From: an uncultured Burkholderiales bacterium
GTDB lineage: Bacteria > Pseudomonadota > Gammaproteobacteria > Burkholderiales > Burkholderiaceae_C
Assembly (NCBI GenBank): GCA_903916355.1
Contig: CAIWWN010000270.1
Coordinates: 6,127-70,126, forward strand
Direction of reading: 5' to 3'
DNA length: 64,000 nucleotides
The position numbers and the translations under genes are program-made. The notes under the pieces were generated by a model. That model did not search any database. It saw only the letters and a program-made list of their open reading frames with translations, and was not told the DNA's origin. Positions 1 to 8,565 of the stretch are shown piece after piece; within the stretch, counting starts at the first letter, position 1; every line of letters starts with the position of its first letter.

Positions 1-946
1 CCAGGCCGGTGTCCCAGCTGCCGTTGTGCTGGGTCGACAGACCCCAGCGCGTTTGACTGCGCAGGCTGTCGGCTGGCATCAAGTTGAATACGCTTTTGCC
101 CTGGTAGCGGTCTTCCAGGTAACGGAACTCCGTGTCCACGGCCACGCCGCGCAGGGTCATGGCGGTGGTGGTCACCGTGGCATCGCGGTTCGGGGCGATG
201 TTCACGTAATAGGGGGTCGACACCGCCAGACCGTTGATGGTGTCTGTGATGATGGTGGGCGACAGGAAGCCTGATTTTCGATCGCCCGTGATCGGGAAAC
301 TCAGTGAGGGCAGCGCCAAAATCGGCACATCCATAAAGCGCAGCTGCATGCGCTCAGTTTGCGCGCTGGACTCTTCTTCGTCCAGGCTCAGGCTGGCGGC
401 CTTGAGCACCCAGTCGGGCAGCCAGCTGGGGCCTGGCTTTCGGGTGCAAGTGGTGTAGGTGGCTTGGCGAATCAGGGCTCGGTTCGCGTCGATAAATTCA
501 ATTTGCTGGGCTTGCCCATGGCCGCCGCCCTTGTTCAGCTGATAAGTCGGGCTGAGAAACTGTCCTTGAAAGGTGTCGGCTTGCAGCGTCAGCGATGGAC
601 CTTCAAAGATGTTGCCTTCGCGCGAAATGCGCACCTGGCCCTGGGCTTTGAGAGTGTCCTGGGTTTGATCAAATTCAATCCGGTCGGCCTGCACGGCCAG
701 ACCTGAGCGACGCAGTCGGGCCTTGCCTTCGATCACCATGTCCATGTCGGGGCGGGCGGTGATGGATTGGCCTTCGATAAAAATCGGGGATTTGTTTCGC
801 TCCGTGTTCGACAGTTTTTCTTGCAACATCGGGCTGGCGCGCAGCACCGGTGCGATGTCGGTGGGGGCTGCATTTTGCGCCCAAGCGCCGCCACGCCAGC
901 AGACCCCCAGCGCTGCGATCGCCCACACAAGCTCGCGCCAGCCCAT
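1..946 (-). CDS. lptD: LPS-assembly outer membrane protein LptD, N-terminal part (3' end runs off the window)
   Basis: Absent from the ORF track because there is no stop inside the window. Manual reverse translation from the ATG at 946 gives MGWRELVWAIAALGVCWRGGAWAQNAAP (signal peptide). It continues PIFIEGQSITARPDMDMVIEGKARLRRSGLAVQADRIEFDQTQDTLKAQGQVRISREGNIFEGPSLTLQ...SFPITGDRKSGFLSPT, typical of the OstA/LptD N-terminal domain and barrel start. Confidence 0.85.
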   Translation of the reverse strand, partial: MGWRELVWAIAALGVCWRGGAWAQNAAPTDIAPVLRASPMLQEKLSNTERNKSPIFIEGQSITARPDMDMVIEGKARLRRSGLAVQADRIEFDQTQDTLKAQGQVRISREGNIFEGPSLTLQADTFQGQFLSPTYQLNKGGGHGQAQQIEFIDANRALIRQATYTTCTRKPGPSWLPDWVLKAASLSLDEEESSAQTERMQLRFMDVPILALPSLSFPITGDRKSGFLSPTIITDTINGLAVSTPYYVNIAPNRDATVTTTAMTLRGVAVDTEFRYLEDRYQGKSVFNLMPADSLRSQTRWGLSTQHNGSWDTGL

Positions 947-1128
947 GGACCGACGCTGAACGCGCTGGCGCATGCAAGCAACAGGTGTGGAAAAAGGGAC
1001 AGGTGAACGGAGCAAAACGTCTCAAGGCAGTGAAAAGAAAGCGGCTGGGCACGCCGCAGGCGCAGACAGGGTTTGTAGAATGGATTATCCATGAGTGCAA
1101 GCGCTCCCACCCCACAGCCCCTCCCGCA

Positions 1129-2241
1129 GTGACAACTCTTTACACCCCCGCCTCTGACACACAGCCCTCCCCCCTCGCGGTGACCTGGGCCGACCCGCCA
1201 CGCCAAGCCGCTTTCGAGGCCTGGTTGGCCCGCGTTGCCCCCATGCACGGCTTGGAGGCAGCGAGCCTGCGCATCGCCTCGGCCGACGCCAGTTTTCGCC
1301 GTTACCTGCGACTCGATACCGCAAACGGCAGCAGCCGCATCGTCATGGACGCCCCGCCTGACAAAGAAAACTGCCAGCCTTTTGTGCAAGTGGCGCAACT
1401 GATGCATGCCGCTGGACTCAAGGCCCCCGAGGTGCTGGACTGGGACGCTGCGCATGGCTTCATGTTGCTCACCGATTTGGGCGGCACCACCATGATGGAG
1501 GCCATCGACCGCGACAATCCCCAGGCCAATCTGGCCTTGTACCTGCAAGCGGTGGACGCGCTGATTGACTGGCAACTGGCTTCCAAGCCCGGCGTTTTGC
1601 CGGTCTATGACGCGGCTTTGTTGAACCGCGAGCTGAGTTTGTTCCCCGATTGGTATCTGGGGCAGCACCGCGGCATCCAGCTCGAAGGCAAGAAGCAAGA
1701 GACCTTGAACGAGGCCTTTGCCCACATCGTGCAACACAACCTGGCCGCGCCCAGCGTGTTTGTGCACCGCGACTTCATGCCGCGCAACCTGATGCTGCCC
1801 ACGCACGCCCACGATCTGCGCCTGGGCGTGCTCGACTTTCAAGACGCCGTGTACGGCCCGGTGACGTATGACGTGGCGAGCCTGATGCGCGACGCCTTTT
1901 TGACCTGGGAAGAAGACTTTGTGCTCGACGTGACCGTTCGCTACTGGGAAAAAGCCCGCAAAGCCGGCCTGCTCAACCACGAGGACTGGAGCCAGGACTT
2001 TGGCGCGTTTTACCGCGCAGTGGAATGGATGGGCCTGCAGCGCCACCTCAAAGTGGCCGGTATTTTTGCCCGACTGACGCTGCGCGACGGCAAAGCCAAA
2101 TACCTGGCTGATGCGCCGCGCTTCATTCACTACATCCGCACCACCGCAGGACGTTACCGAGAACTGCGCCCGTTCATGCGTTTGATCGACGAGGTGGAAA
2201 ACATCCAGACCCAGACCGGTTTCGCCTACGGGCGCATGTAA
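1129..2241 (+). CDS. Phosphotransferase-fold kinase, AmgK-like (anomeric MurNAc/GlcNAc kinase family)
   Basis: ORF 850..2241. APH-fold motifs VFVHRDFMPRNLML and LGVLDFQDAVYGPVTYDVASLMRD. Divergent from lptD, as amgK is in pseudomonads. The start is uncertain: an in-frame GTG at 1129 precedes the conserved VTWADPPRQAAFEAWL. Confidence 0.65.
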   Translation: MTTLYTPASDTQPSPLAVTWADPPRQAAFEAWLARVAPMHGLEAASLRIASADASFRRYLRLDTANGSSRIVMDAPPDKENCQPFVQVAQLMHAAGLKAPEVLDWDAAHGFMLLTDLGGTTMMEAIDRDNPQANLALYLQAVDALIDWQLASKPGVLPVYDAALLNRELSLFPDWYLGQHRGIQLEGKKQETLNEAFAHIVQHNLAAPSVFVHRDFMPRNLMLPTHAHDLRLGVLDFQDAVYGPVTYDVASLMRDAFLTWEEDFVLDVTVRYWEKARKAGLLNHEDWSQDFGAFYRAVEWMGLQRHLKVAGIFARLTLRDGKAKYLADAPRFIHYIRTTAGRYRELRPFMRLIDEVENIQTQTGFAYGRM

Positions 2242-2244
2242 GCC

Positions 2245-2961
2245 ATGGCCCGCTTTTACTGCCCCCTGCCCCTGCACACCGGTGACGCGCTGAGCCTGCC
2301 GCCTTCTGCCGCGCGCCATGTGCAGGTGCTGCGCCTGCAACCGGGCGGCGTCATCACGCTGTTCAACGGCCAAGGCGGCGAGTTTGAAGCCACCGTTACG
2401 CGCATGGGCCGCTCCGACGTGGGCGTGCTGATCGGCGCCCACAGCGCCACCGAGCGCGAAGCCGCCTGCGCCGTGCATTTGCTGGCCGGCATCACCGCCA
2501 ATGAACGCATGGACTGGTTGGTCGAAAAAGCCACCGAATTAGGCGCCGCGAGCCTCACCCCCTTGATCGCCGAGCGCAGCGTGCTGAAACTCAAGGGCGA
2601 ACGCGCCGAGAAAAAATTAGCGCACTGGCAAGGCGTGGCCGTGGCTGCCAGCGAGCAATGCGGACGCAACCGCGTCACGCGCATCGAGCCCGCCGACACA
2701 CTGGCCGCCTGGCTGGCGCAGCACCCCGCCACGGGCGGGCTGCGTTTGGTCTTGTCCTTGTCGCCCGACACACAGCCGCTGCACGCCGCCGTGCAAGGGC
2801 ACACTGACGTGACCCTGCTCAGCGGCCCTGAAGGCGGCTTGACCGCGGCTGAAGAGGCCTTGGCCCTGGCCGCTGGCTTTATGCCGGTGACCCTGGGGCC
2901 GCGTGTCCTGCGCGCGGAAACCGCGCCGCTGGCGGTGTTGGCGGCGTTGACTTTGGCTTGA
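2245..2961 (+). CDS. rsmE: 16S rRNA (uracil1498-N3)-methyltransferase RsmE
   Basis: MARFYCP...RHVQVLRLQPG N-terminal PUA-like region, then ERMDWLVEKATELGA and LLSGPEGGLT..E and GPRVLRAETAP SPOUT motifs. Confidence 0.85.
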   Translation: MARFYCPLPLHTGDALSLPPSAARHVQVLRLQPGGVITLFNGQGGEFEATVTRMGRSDVGVLIGAHSATEREAACAVHLLAGITANERMDWLVEKATELGAASLTPLIAERSVLKLKGERAEKKLAHWQGVAVAASEQCGRNRVTRIEPADTLAAWLAQHPATGGLRLVLSLSPDTQPLHAAVQGHTDVTLLSGPEGGLTAAEEALALAAGFMPVTLGPRVLRAETAPLAVLAALTLA

Positions 2962-2973
2962 AGCACTTTTGAT

Positions 2974-3001
2974 GCGCAACGTCACCGGACGTTGCATTTT
3001 T
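2974..3001 (+). terminator. Rho-independent terminator after rsmE
   Basis: GCAACGT (2976-2982), loop caccgg, ACGTTGC (2989-2995), followed by ATTTTT. Confidence 0.7.
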
Positions 3002-3070
3002 CAGGATTTGAGCCACTGAACCTGGCACTTTTCGGAGTGATCGTATCCCGCAACGTAAAAAGCTTTGACA

Positions 3071-3487
3071 TCATTCCCCCGCGTCTTCCACGGCGTTTCG
3101 CCAGTAATGCGGACTCACCTCAAACAGTCGTTTCGACTGCCACTCGCCTGGCTTGCCCGGGACGGAAACGGCAACTTCTACGTCTTTGCCCCAGAGCGCG
3201 AGACGTTCTTGGCATATTCCGCAAGGTGCCAAGATGAGAAAAGGCCCTTCTGGATCGCTACGGGAAACGCATACTGACGCGACTACCCTTTCATCAATGC
3301 GATTCGCTTCGCAGTACGCCCCGGCTTCATGGCACAGACCTGCGCCTGTGTTGGGCGGGTCGAATGAGACGCTTGTGATAACGCGTCCTGTCTCTGTTCG
3401 GACCGCTGCTGCGCCAGCGTATCCCGTCGGATGCCTTGATAGCGCTAGTGAAATTGCTGCGTCAACGAGTGACTGATCGAGTGCCAT
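3071..3487 (-). CDS. Blasticidin-S deaminase / small cytidine-deaminase-like zinc enzyme (may be the C-terminal domain of a GNAT fusion)
   Basis: MALDQSLVDAAISLA...GLCHEAGAYCEA...LAPCGICQERL...EVSPHYW, i.e. the C-x-E and PCxxC zinc/catalytic motifs of the CDA fold. It is in the same frame as, and has no stop separating it from, the GNAT C-terminal half upstream (ORF 3071..3841). Confidence 0.65.
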   Translation of the reverse strand: MALDQSLVDAAISLALSRHPTGYAGAAAVRTETGRVITSVSFDPPNTGAGLCHEAGAYCEANRIDERVVASVCVSRSDPEGPFLILAPCGICQERLALWGKDVEVAVSVPGKPGEWQSKRLFEVSPHYWRNAVEDAGE

Positions 3488-4007
3488 GTGAGGGCTGCCG
3501 GTTGAATGCCCAGTTGCATCACTGATCCGCCCCATGTGATGAACATCGAAGTAGGCACCGTCGAGGCACCAGCCTCGGCGTTGTGTTCCTTCGTACTCGA
3601 ACCCTACGCTCTTGTAGAGAGCTTGAGCGACATGGTTCTCTGAATAGACGGTTAGCTCGATTGGCCGCAGGCCCTTTCGTGCAGCGCTGGCAATTGTCGC
3701 CAAGATCAACTGCTTGCCGACGCCCTGACCTCTCTTGGGCTGCGATGGCCATGCCAAGCGTTCCTGCGTGAGTGCGCATTTGGCCCAACTGAGGAAGAAC
3801 ATCGCACCAGCCAACCAAGGCATCACCTCGGACCGCCACAAGGTGCGTATGGCCGGCAGCTAAGATGCTCCGGTAGTAGGCGAAGGCCTGTTCTTTTGGG
3901 CCAGCCTGAGTGAAAGCCATAAATCGCCTCTCCCGACAAACTGCATCGAAGAGGTTGTGAAGTCGCTCGAAGTGGACTTCCTGCAGCGGTTCCAAGTACA
4001 CGGACAT
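3488..4007 (-). pseudogene. GNAT N-acetyltransferase interrupted by a 1-nt frameshift near 3735-3745
   Basis: The N-terminal half MSVYLEPLQEVHFERL...HAGTLGMAIAAQ lies in the frame of ORF 3519..4007. The acetyl-CoA motif KRGQGVGKQLILATIASAARKGLRPIELTVYSENHVAQALYKSVGFEYEG continues in the frame of ORF 3071..3841. Confidence 0.6.
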
Positions 4008-4019
4008 TCTCGTGATGCC

Positions 4020-4397
4020 TCAACGTCTGAGATGACCGGCCTCGCGCGCTTTATGCGCGAGGTCCGTGTCGACCGAGAGGTTGGCGCTTTCACGCTTACC
4101 CGCCGATGAACTGCGTGACTTGATACTGGAAGGTTGCTCTGCGAGCCGACCTGTCACGTACTTATGCAACACGCTGGCAATCAGCGTTTGATAAGGAATT
4201 CCTTCCTCAAGGGCTTTGACCTGAATGTCATTGAGATCGACCGAGGAAAGGCGAATATTTACTCGCCGATCTTTGATGGCTGTTGCCCGAGCGGCGGCTT
4301 TGAGCTTAGCCAACTCACTCTTAGTTGCAACCGACTTGAGTTGTCCCTCCTCGAAGGCGGTGAGAATTTCATCTTCGTTCATATCAATCGTTAGCAT
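4020..4397 (-). CDS. brnA: BrnA-like (CopG/RHH, COG3514-type) antitoxin
   Basis: DRRVNIRLSSVDLNDIQVKALEEGIPYQTLIASVLHKYVTGRL is the hallmark C-terminal RHH of BrnA-family antitoxins. The start at 4397 (alternatives 4382, 4424) overlaps or abuts the toxin stop. Confidence 0.7.
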   Translation of the reverse strand: MLTIDMNEDEILTAFEEGQLKSVATKSELAKLKAAARATAIKDRRVNIRLSSVDLNDIQVKALEEGIPYQTLIASVLHKYVTGRLAEQPSSIKSRSSSAGKRESANLSVDTDLAHKAREAGHLRR

Positions 4398-4677
4398 CTT
4401 GAACTCCTGGTGACAAATAGACACGAGTGGCCTTACGACTTGGGATCACTGTTTTCAGAAAGTAGCTGCTTTCTTCCTCAACGAACGGAACTAGATAGAT
4501 GTAGTTATCTAGACTGACTACCATTACTTGCTGATGTGCATATTTCTTGGTGTTCGGGTGCGCGAGGATGTCAAGTAGCCCACCAGCTTCGATTGCAACA
4601 ACCATGCTTTCAAAAGAGACGCCCCTCTCCTCTTTGAGGAGAGTGCTTTTTTCAGCGTTCCAACGAAACGGTTTCAT
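4384..4677 (-). CDS. brnT: BrnT-like (DUF497) toxin
   Basis: MKPFRWNAEKSTLLKEERGVSFES...YFLKTVIPSRKATRVY resembles the BrnT F-x-W-D..K...HG-x-x-F and ...ISARKAT motifs. It sits upstream of, and overlaps, the antitoxin. Confidence 0.6.
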   Translation of the reverse strand: MKPFRWNAEKSTLLKEERGVSFESMVVAIEAGGLLDILAHPNTKKYAHQQVMVVSLDNYIYLVPFVEEESSYFLKTVIPSRKATRVYLSPGVQDAND

Positions 4678-4823
4678 GCCTGCATGTTAATGCAATGTGT
4701 GCCTTTTGTCACCACAACAAACAGGTCGATTCTCGGCACAGCCCAAAGTCGCTCGTTCAGTGACGCGAAGCCACGGAAGTGACATTGCGCGCTCGATCTT
4801 CGTTTGAAGTTGTCTTCGCGTTT

Positions 4824-6509
4824 TCAGTCGGCGGCATGAAACACCACCTGCGCCTGCCCCAGCTGCCATGGTTTGTAGCTTTTCATCACCCTGCCAAAGG
4901 CCGGTGATGCTTCAAACGCTGCCAGCCAGGCTTGCAAAGCCGGCCAAGACTGCGCTGCAAACCAAGCCGCGTCGGTGCGCGCAAACTGACGTACAAAGGG
5001 CGCGATGGCGGCGTCGGCCCAGCGCCATTGGCGGTCCACCACAAAGCCTTTGTCCGCCAAGCGCGCATCCAGCGTGGCCAACCACGCCGCGCCTTGGGCG
5101 CGGTGCGCCAAACCGCCCTCTAAACCGTCCGGCAGGTCGTACCGATTCGGGTATTTGTAGCGGTCCAAATGGTGTTTGAAGTCCCCGTCGCATTGCGCCA
5201 CCAGTTGCAGCGCGTCGGCTTGCACTGCGGCATCAAGGGGCAGCCATTGCTGTGGGTCGTGTTGCGCCAAGGCCCACAGCATGATGTCCAGACTTTGCTC
5301 GATCACCTGTCCGGGCAACACCAGCACGGGCACCGTGCCTTTGGGTGAGGCTTGCAGCAGCGCCTCGGGCTTTTGCTTGAGCGCCACCTCGCGCAGCTCG
5401 CAGCGCACACCGGCCGCCAGCAAGGCCAGGCGTACGCGCATGGCGTAAGGGCAGCGGCGGAACGAATACAACACGGGCGAGCCCGGTGGCAGCAGTGCGG
5501 CAGTGCGCGCGGCTTTGTCTGAGGATAAGCCGGCTGTCTTGTGTGGAGCCCTAATGTGCGGCAGGGCCTTGGCCTTGGCCTTTTCCCACTGTCGCTGGCG
5601 TTCGCGGGCGCTGCTTTTTTGTGCGTCGGTGGTTTGGTCGTGGCAGCGCGGACAGCTGACCCCGGCCTCGTACAAGGGCGAGGTCAGCGCGCCTTCGGGC
5701 AACGGGTCGCGGCAGCAGCGACACAGGCGGTGCGGGCCCGGCACCAGGCCGTGGCCCACCGAGACGCGCTCGTCAAACACAAAGCATTCGCCCTGCCACA
5801 GGCTGTTCTCGGGCGCCACGGTTTCCAGGTATTTGAGAATGCCGCCTTCCAAGTGGTACACCTCGTCATAGCCTTGAGCGCGCATCAGTGCGGTGGATTT
5901 TTCGCAGCGAATGCCGCCGGTGCAAAACATCGCCACCTTGGGTTTGCGCCCGGTTTTGTCTTGCAGGGCTTGCGCTTGGCTCACCCACTCGGGCAGTTGC
6001 GAAAAGCTTTGAATGTTCGGATTGATCGCCCCCGCAAAGGTGCCGATCTCCACTTCGTAATCGTTGCGCGTGTCCACCACGACCACGTCCGGGTCCGCAA
6101 TCAAGGCGTTCCAGTCTTGCGGCTGCACATAGGTGCCGGCCATGTGCGTGGGGCTGATGCCGGGCACGCCCAGGGTCACGATCTCTTTTTTCAGTCGCAC
6201 CTTCATGCGGTAAAACGGCGGCTTGGCGGAGAACGATTCTTTGTGCTGCAGCCCGGCCAATAGCGGGTCTTGGCGCAAATAGGCCAACACCGCGTGCACG
6301 TCATCGGGCGCCCCGGCGATGGTGCTGTTGATGCCTTCACGCGCCAACAACACCAGGCCCTTGACCTGGTGCGCTTCGCAAAAAGCCAGCAAAGGTGCTT
6401 TGCGCTCGGTGAAGTCGGGCAGGTCGACGAACTTGTAAAACGCAGCGGTCAGGTAGAGGGCGGGGGCAGGCGCCGGTAAGGGGGATGTGAAGGGGGACGC
6501 AGAAGACAT
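4824..6509 (-). CDS. trhO: tRNA uridine(34) hydroxylase TrhO (rhodanese, YceA family) fused to a C-terminal GST/Grx2-like domain
   Basis: The N-terminal ~330 aa carry FYKFVDLPDF, REGINSTIAG, MKVRLKKEIV, VDTRNDYEVEIGTF, FCTGGIRCEKS and ECFVFDERVSV. A ~50 aa basic linker follows. Then come LYSFRRCPYAMRVRLALLAAGV...SPKGTVPVLVL...IEQSLDIMLWAL plus a helical GST C-domain. Confidence 0.8.
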   Translation of the reverse strand: MSSASPFTSPLPAPAPALYLTAAFYKFVDLPDFTERKAPLLAFCEAHQVKGLVLLAREGINSTIAGAPDDVHAVLAYLRQDPLLAGLQHKESFSAKPPFYRMKVRLKKEIVTLGVPGISPTHMAGTYVQPQDWNALIADPDVVVVDTRNDYEVEIGTFAGAINPNIQSFSQLPEWVSQAQALQDKTGRKPKVAMFCTGGIRCEKSTALMRAQGYDEVYHLEGGILKYLETVAPENSLWQGECFVFDERVSVGHGLVPGPHRLCRCCRDPLPEGALTSPLYEAGVSCPRCHDQTTDAQKSSARERQRQWEKAKAKALPHIRAPHKTAGLSSDKAARTAALLPPGSPVLYSFRRCPYAMRVRLALLAAGVRCELREVALKQKPEALLQASPKGTVPVLVLPGQVIEQSLDIMLWALAQHDPQQWLPLDAAVQADALQLVAQCDGDFKHHLDRYKYPNRYDLPDGLEGGLAHRAQGAAWLATLDARLADKGFVVDRQWRWADAAIAPFVRQFARTDAAWFAAQSWPALQAWLAAFEASPAFGRVMKSYKPWQLGQAQVVFHAAD

Positions 6510-6547
6510 GACGCCAATTGTGCCTAAGTCTGGTCTGGCCAAGTCCC

Positions 6548-7747
6548 ATGCCCGCTTACACTGAGGCCATGAACGCCAACCTCCTCTTGCTGGCCCTGTG
6601 CCAAGGCCTTTTCCTCACCAACAACGTCACCTTCATCGCCATCAACGGGCTGGTCGGCCTTAGTCTGGCGCCGCTGGGCTGGATGGCCACCTTGCCCGTC
6701 ATGGGTTATGTGGTGGGCGGCGCGCTCTCCACCGGGCTGGTGGCGCGCACCCAAAGTCGCTTTGGTCGCCGGGTGTCTTTCCAAATTGGCTTGTTGGTGG
6801 GTTTGCTGTCAGCCTTGTTGTGTGCCTATGCGGTGTACGACCACAACTTTGCGTTGCTGGTCTGCGCCACGGTGGTGGCGGGTTACTACAGCGCCAACGG
6901 CCAGTTGTACCGCTTTGCGGCCGCCGAACTGTCGGTGCCGGCCTTTCGTGAAAAAGCCGTGTCGTTGGTGTTGGCTGGGGGCTTGATCGGCGCCATCGCC
7001 GGCCCGAACTTGGCCTCGCACACCAAAGGCTTGCTGGACACGCCGTTCATGGGCGCCTATTTGTCGCTGGTGGGCGTGGCCTTGTTGGGCATGGTGTTGA
7101 TGGCCTTCATCCGCTTTCCGGCCGTGCCTGCCAAAGTGGTGGGCAGCAGTGAGGGCCGGCCTTTGAAAGAGATCATGCGCCAGCCGGTGTTCATGGTCGC
7201 AGCCGCGGCCGCGGCGTTGGGTTACGGCGTGATGAACTTGCTCATGGCCGCCACGCCGCTGGCCATGCAGGTCTGCGGTTACACCTTCAGCGACGCTGCG
7301 TTGGTGCTGGAATGGCATGTGATTGGCATGTTTGCGCCGGGCTTTTTCACTGGCCACCTGATTAAGAAATTCGGCACCCTGCCGATCATGGGCGTGGGCG
7401 TGTTGCTGAACTTTGCCTGCATTGCGGTGGCCTTGAACGGGGTGGAATTGCACCAGTTTGTCATCGCCCTGTTTTTGCTCGGCCTGGGTTGGAACTTCTT
7501 GTTCACCGGCAGCACCACCTTGTCGATGCACGCTTGGCGCCCCGAAGAAAAAGACCGCGCGCAGGCGGCCATCAACTTCTGTGTGTTTGCGACCATGGCC
7601 TTCACGTCCTTCGCTTCAGGCGCGCTGGTGACCACGCAAGGTTGGCACTGGTTGAACATCGGCTCTTTGCTGCCCGTAGCCTTGACGGCGCTGGCCTTGC
7701 TGTGGCTGGCGCTCAAACAGAAAAGTGCGCGTCCAGCCACGCTTTGA
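6548..7747 (+). CDS. MFS transporter
   Basis: 12-TM-like hydrophobic profile with the loop TQSRFGRRVSFQIG (MFS motif A-like). Start 6548 or 6569. Confidence 0.75.
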   Translation: MPAYTEAMNANLLLLALCQGLFLTNNVTFIAINGLVGLSLAPLGWMATLPVMGYVVGGALSTGLVARTQSRFGRRVSFQIGLLVGLLSALLCAYAVYDHNFALLVCATVVAGYYSANGQLYRFAAAELSVPAFREKAVSLVLAGGLIGAIAGPNLASHTKGLLDTPFMGAYLSLVGVALLGMVLMAFIRFPAVPAKVVGSSEGRPLKEIMRQPVFMVAAAAAALGYGVMNLLMAATPLAMQVCGYTFSDAALVLEWHVIGMFAPGFFTGHLIKKFGTLPIMGVGVLLNFACIAVALNGVELHQFVIALFLLGLGWNFLFTGSTTLSMHAWRPEEKDRAQAAINFCVFATMAFTSFASGALVTTQGWHWLNIGSLLPVALTALALLWLALKQKSARPATL

Positions 7748-8564
7748 GACAGTCAAAAACCAAGGCCTTGTCGGGGTCGTTGAAGATCTCGTGGTACATG
7801 CCTTCAAAGCAGCGTGAACTCAGACAGTCTGGCGCCAGCGCTGCAAATTGAGCGCTGCCGGCGGGGTTCACCAAATGGTCGTCTTGGGCGTACATCAGCA
7901 AGGTGGGCACGTGCCAATTAGCGGCTTGCGCCAGTGTGAGCGGGGCTTGCGTCATGATCCACTGCGCCAAGCCCGCAGAGATGCGGCGGTGCACCAGCGG
8001 GTCGGCCAAATAGGCTTGCACCACTTGCGGATCGCGCGCCACAAACTCGGCCTTCAAGCCGTTGTCCACGCACAGGTGCGGCGCCATTTTCGGCAACAAG
8101 GCCAGCAGTATTTTCTGCACAAAGTTGGCCGAGGTGGCCAAGGCCGGTGAGGACAGCACCAGACCGTCCACTGGGCGCAATTGCTCGGCCACGGCGTGGG
8201 CAGCGATCAAGCCGCCCAGGCTGTGGCCCAGCAAAATCAAGGGCTTGTCTTGCGCCAGGCTGAGCTGGCGCGTGACATCGATCATGCAGGCCAAATCGCC
8301 CATCAGGCAGCGGGCGTCGACCATGTCGCCACGCGGCCCGGCTGAGCGGCCGTGGCCATAGTGGTCATAACCGCGCACCGCAAAGCCCCAAGTGCGCAGT
8401 TGCTCGGCCACATGGGCGTAGCGTCCCATGTGCTCACCCAGGCCGTGCACCAGCAGCACCCGCCCGCGCGGTGGACCATCGGGCGCCGGCCAGTCGTAGA
8501 CGGCGAGCGGGCCTGACAGGCCTGTCTGCTGGCTGATGAAAGCGACTGGCGAGGCCTCAAGCAT
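7713..8564 (-). CDS. Alpha/beta hydrolase (lysophospholipase / monoglyceride-lipase-like)
   Basis: VLLVHGLGEHMGRY and the nucleophile elbow LLGHSLGG. The ATG at 8564 is 1 nt after the upstream gene stop. Confidence 0.75.
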   Translation of the reverse strand: MLEASPVAFISQQTGLSGPLAVYDWPAPDGPPRGRVLLVHGLGEHMGRYAHVAEQLRTWGFAVRGYDHYGHGRSAGPRGDMVDARCLMGDLACMIDVTRQLSLAQDKPLILLGHSLGGLIAAHAVAEQLRPVDGLVLSSPALATSANFVQKILLALLPKMAPHLCVDNGLKAEFVARDPQVVQAYLADPLVHRRISAGLAQWIMTQAPLTLAQAANWHVPTLLMYAQDDHLVNPAGSAQFAALAPDCLSSRCFEGMYHEIFNDPDKALVFDCLKAWLDAHFSV

Positions 8565-8565
8565 G

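Noticed and set aside
733-2478. 581-aa ORF on the minus strand spanning the amgK-like and rsmE genes
   Set aside because: Its composition (His/Gly/Ala/Arg/Val-rich, no motifs) is typical of an antisense frame in high-GC DNA. The plus-strand frames carry clear kinase and RsmE motifs.
3488-4677. A three-component TA system with the GNAT acting as a TacT/AtaT-type acetyltransferase toxin
   Set aside because: The RHH protein upstream of the GNAT has the BrnA-type C-terminal RHH (GIPYQTLI), not the DUF1778 antitoxin that partners GNAT toxins. The GNAT resembles detoxifying PAT/YncA-type enzymes and is frameshifted. The adjacency is more likely coincidental within the islet.
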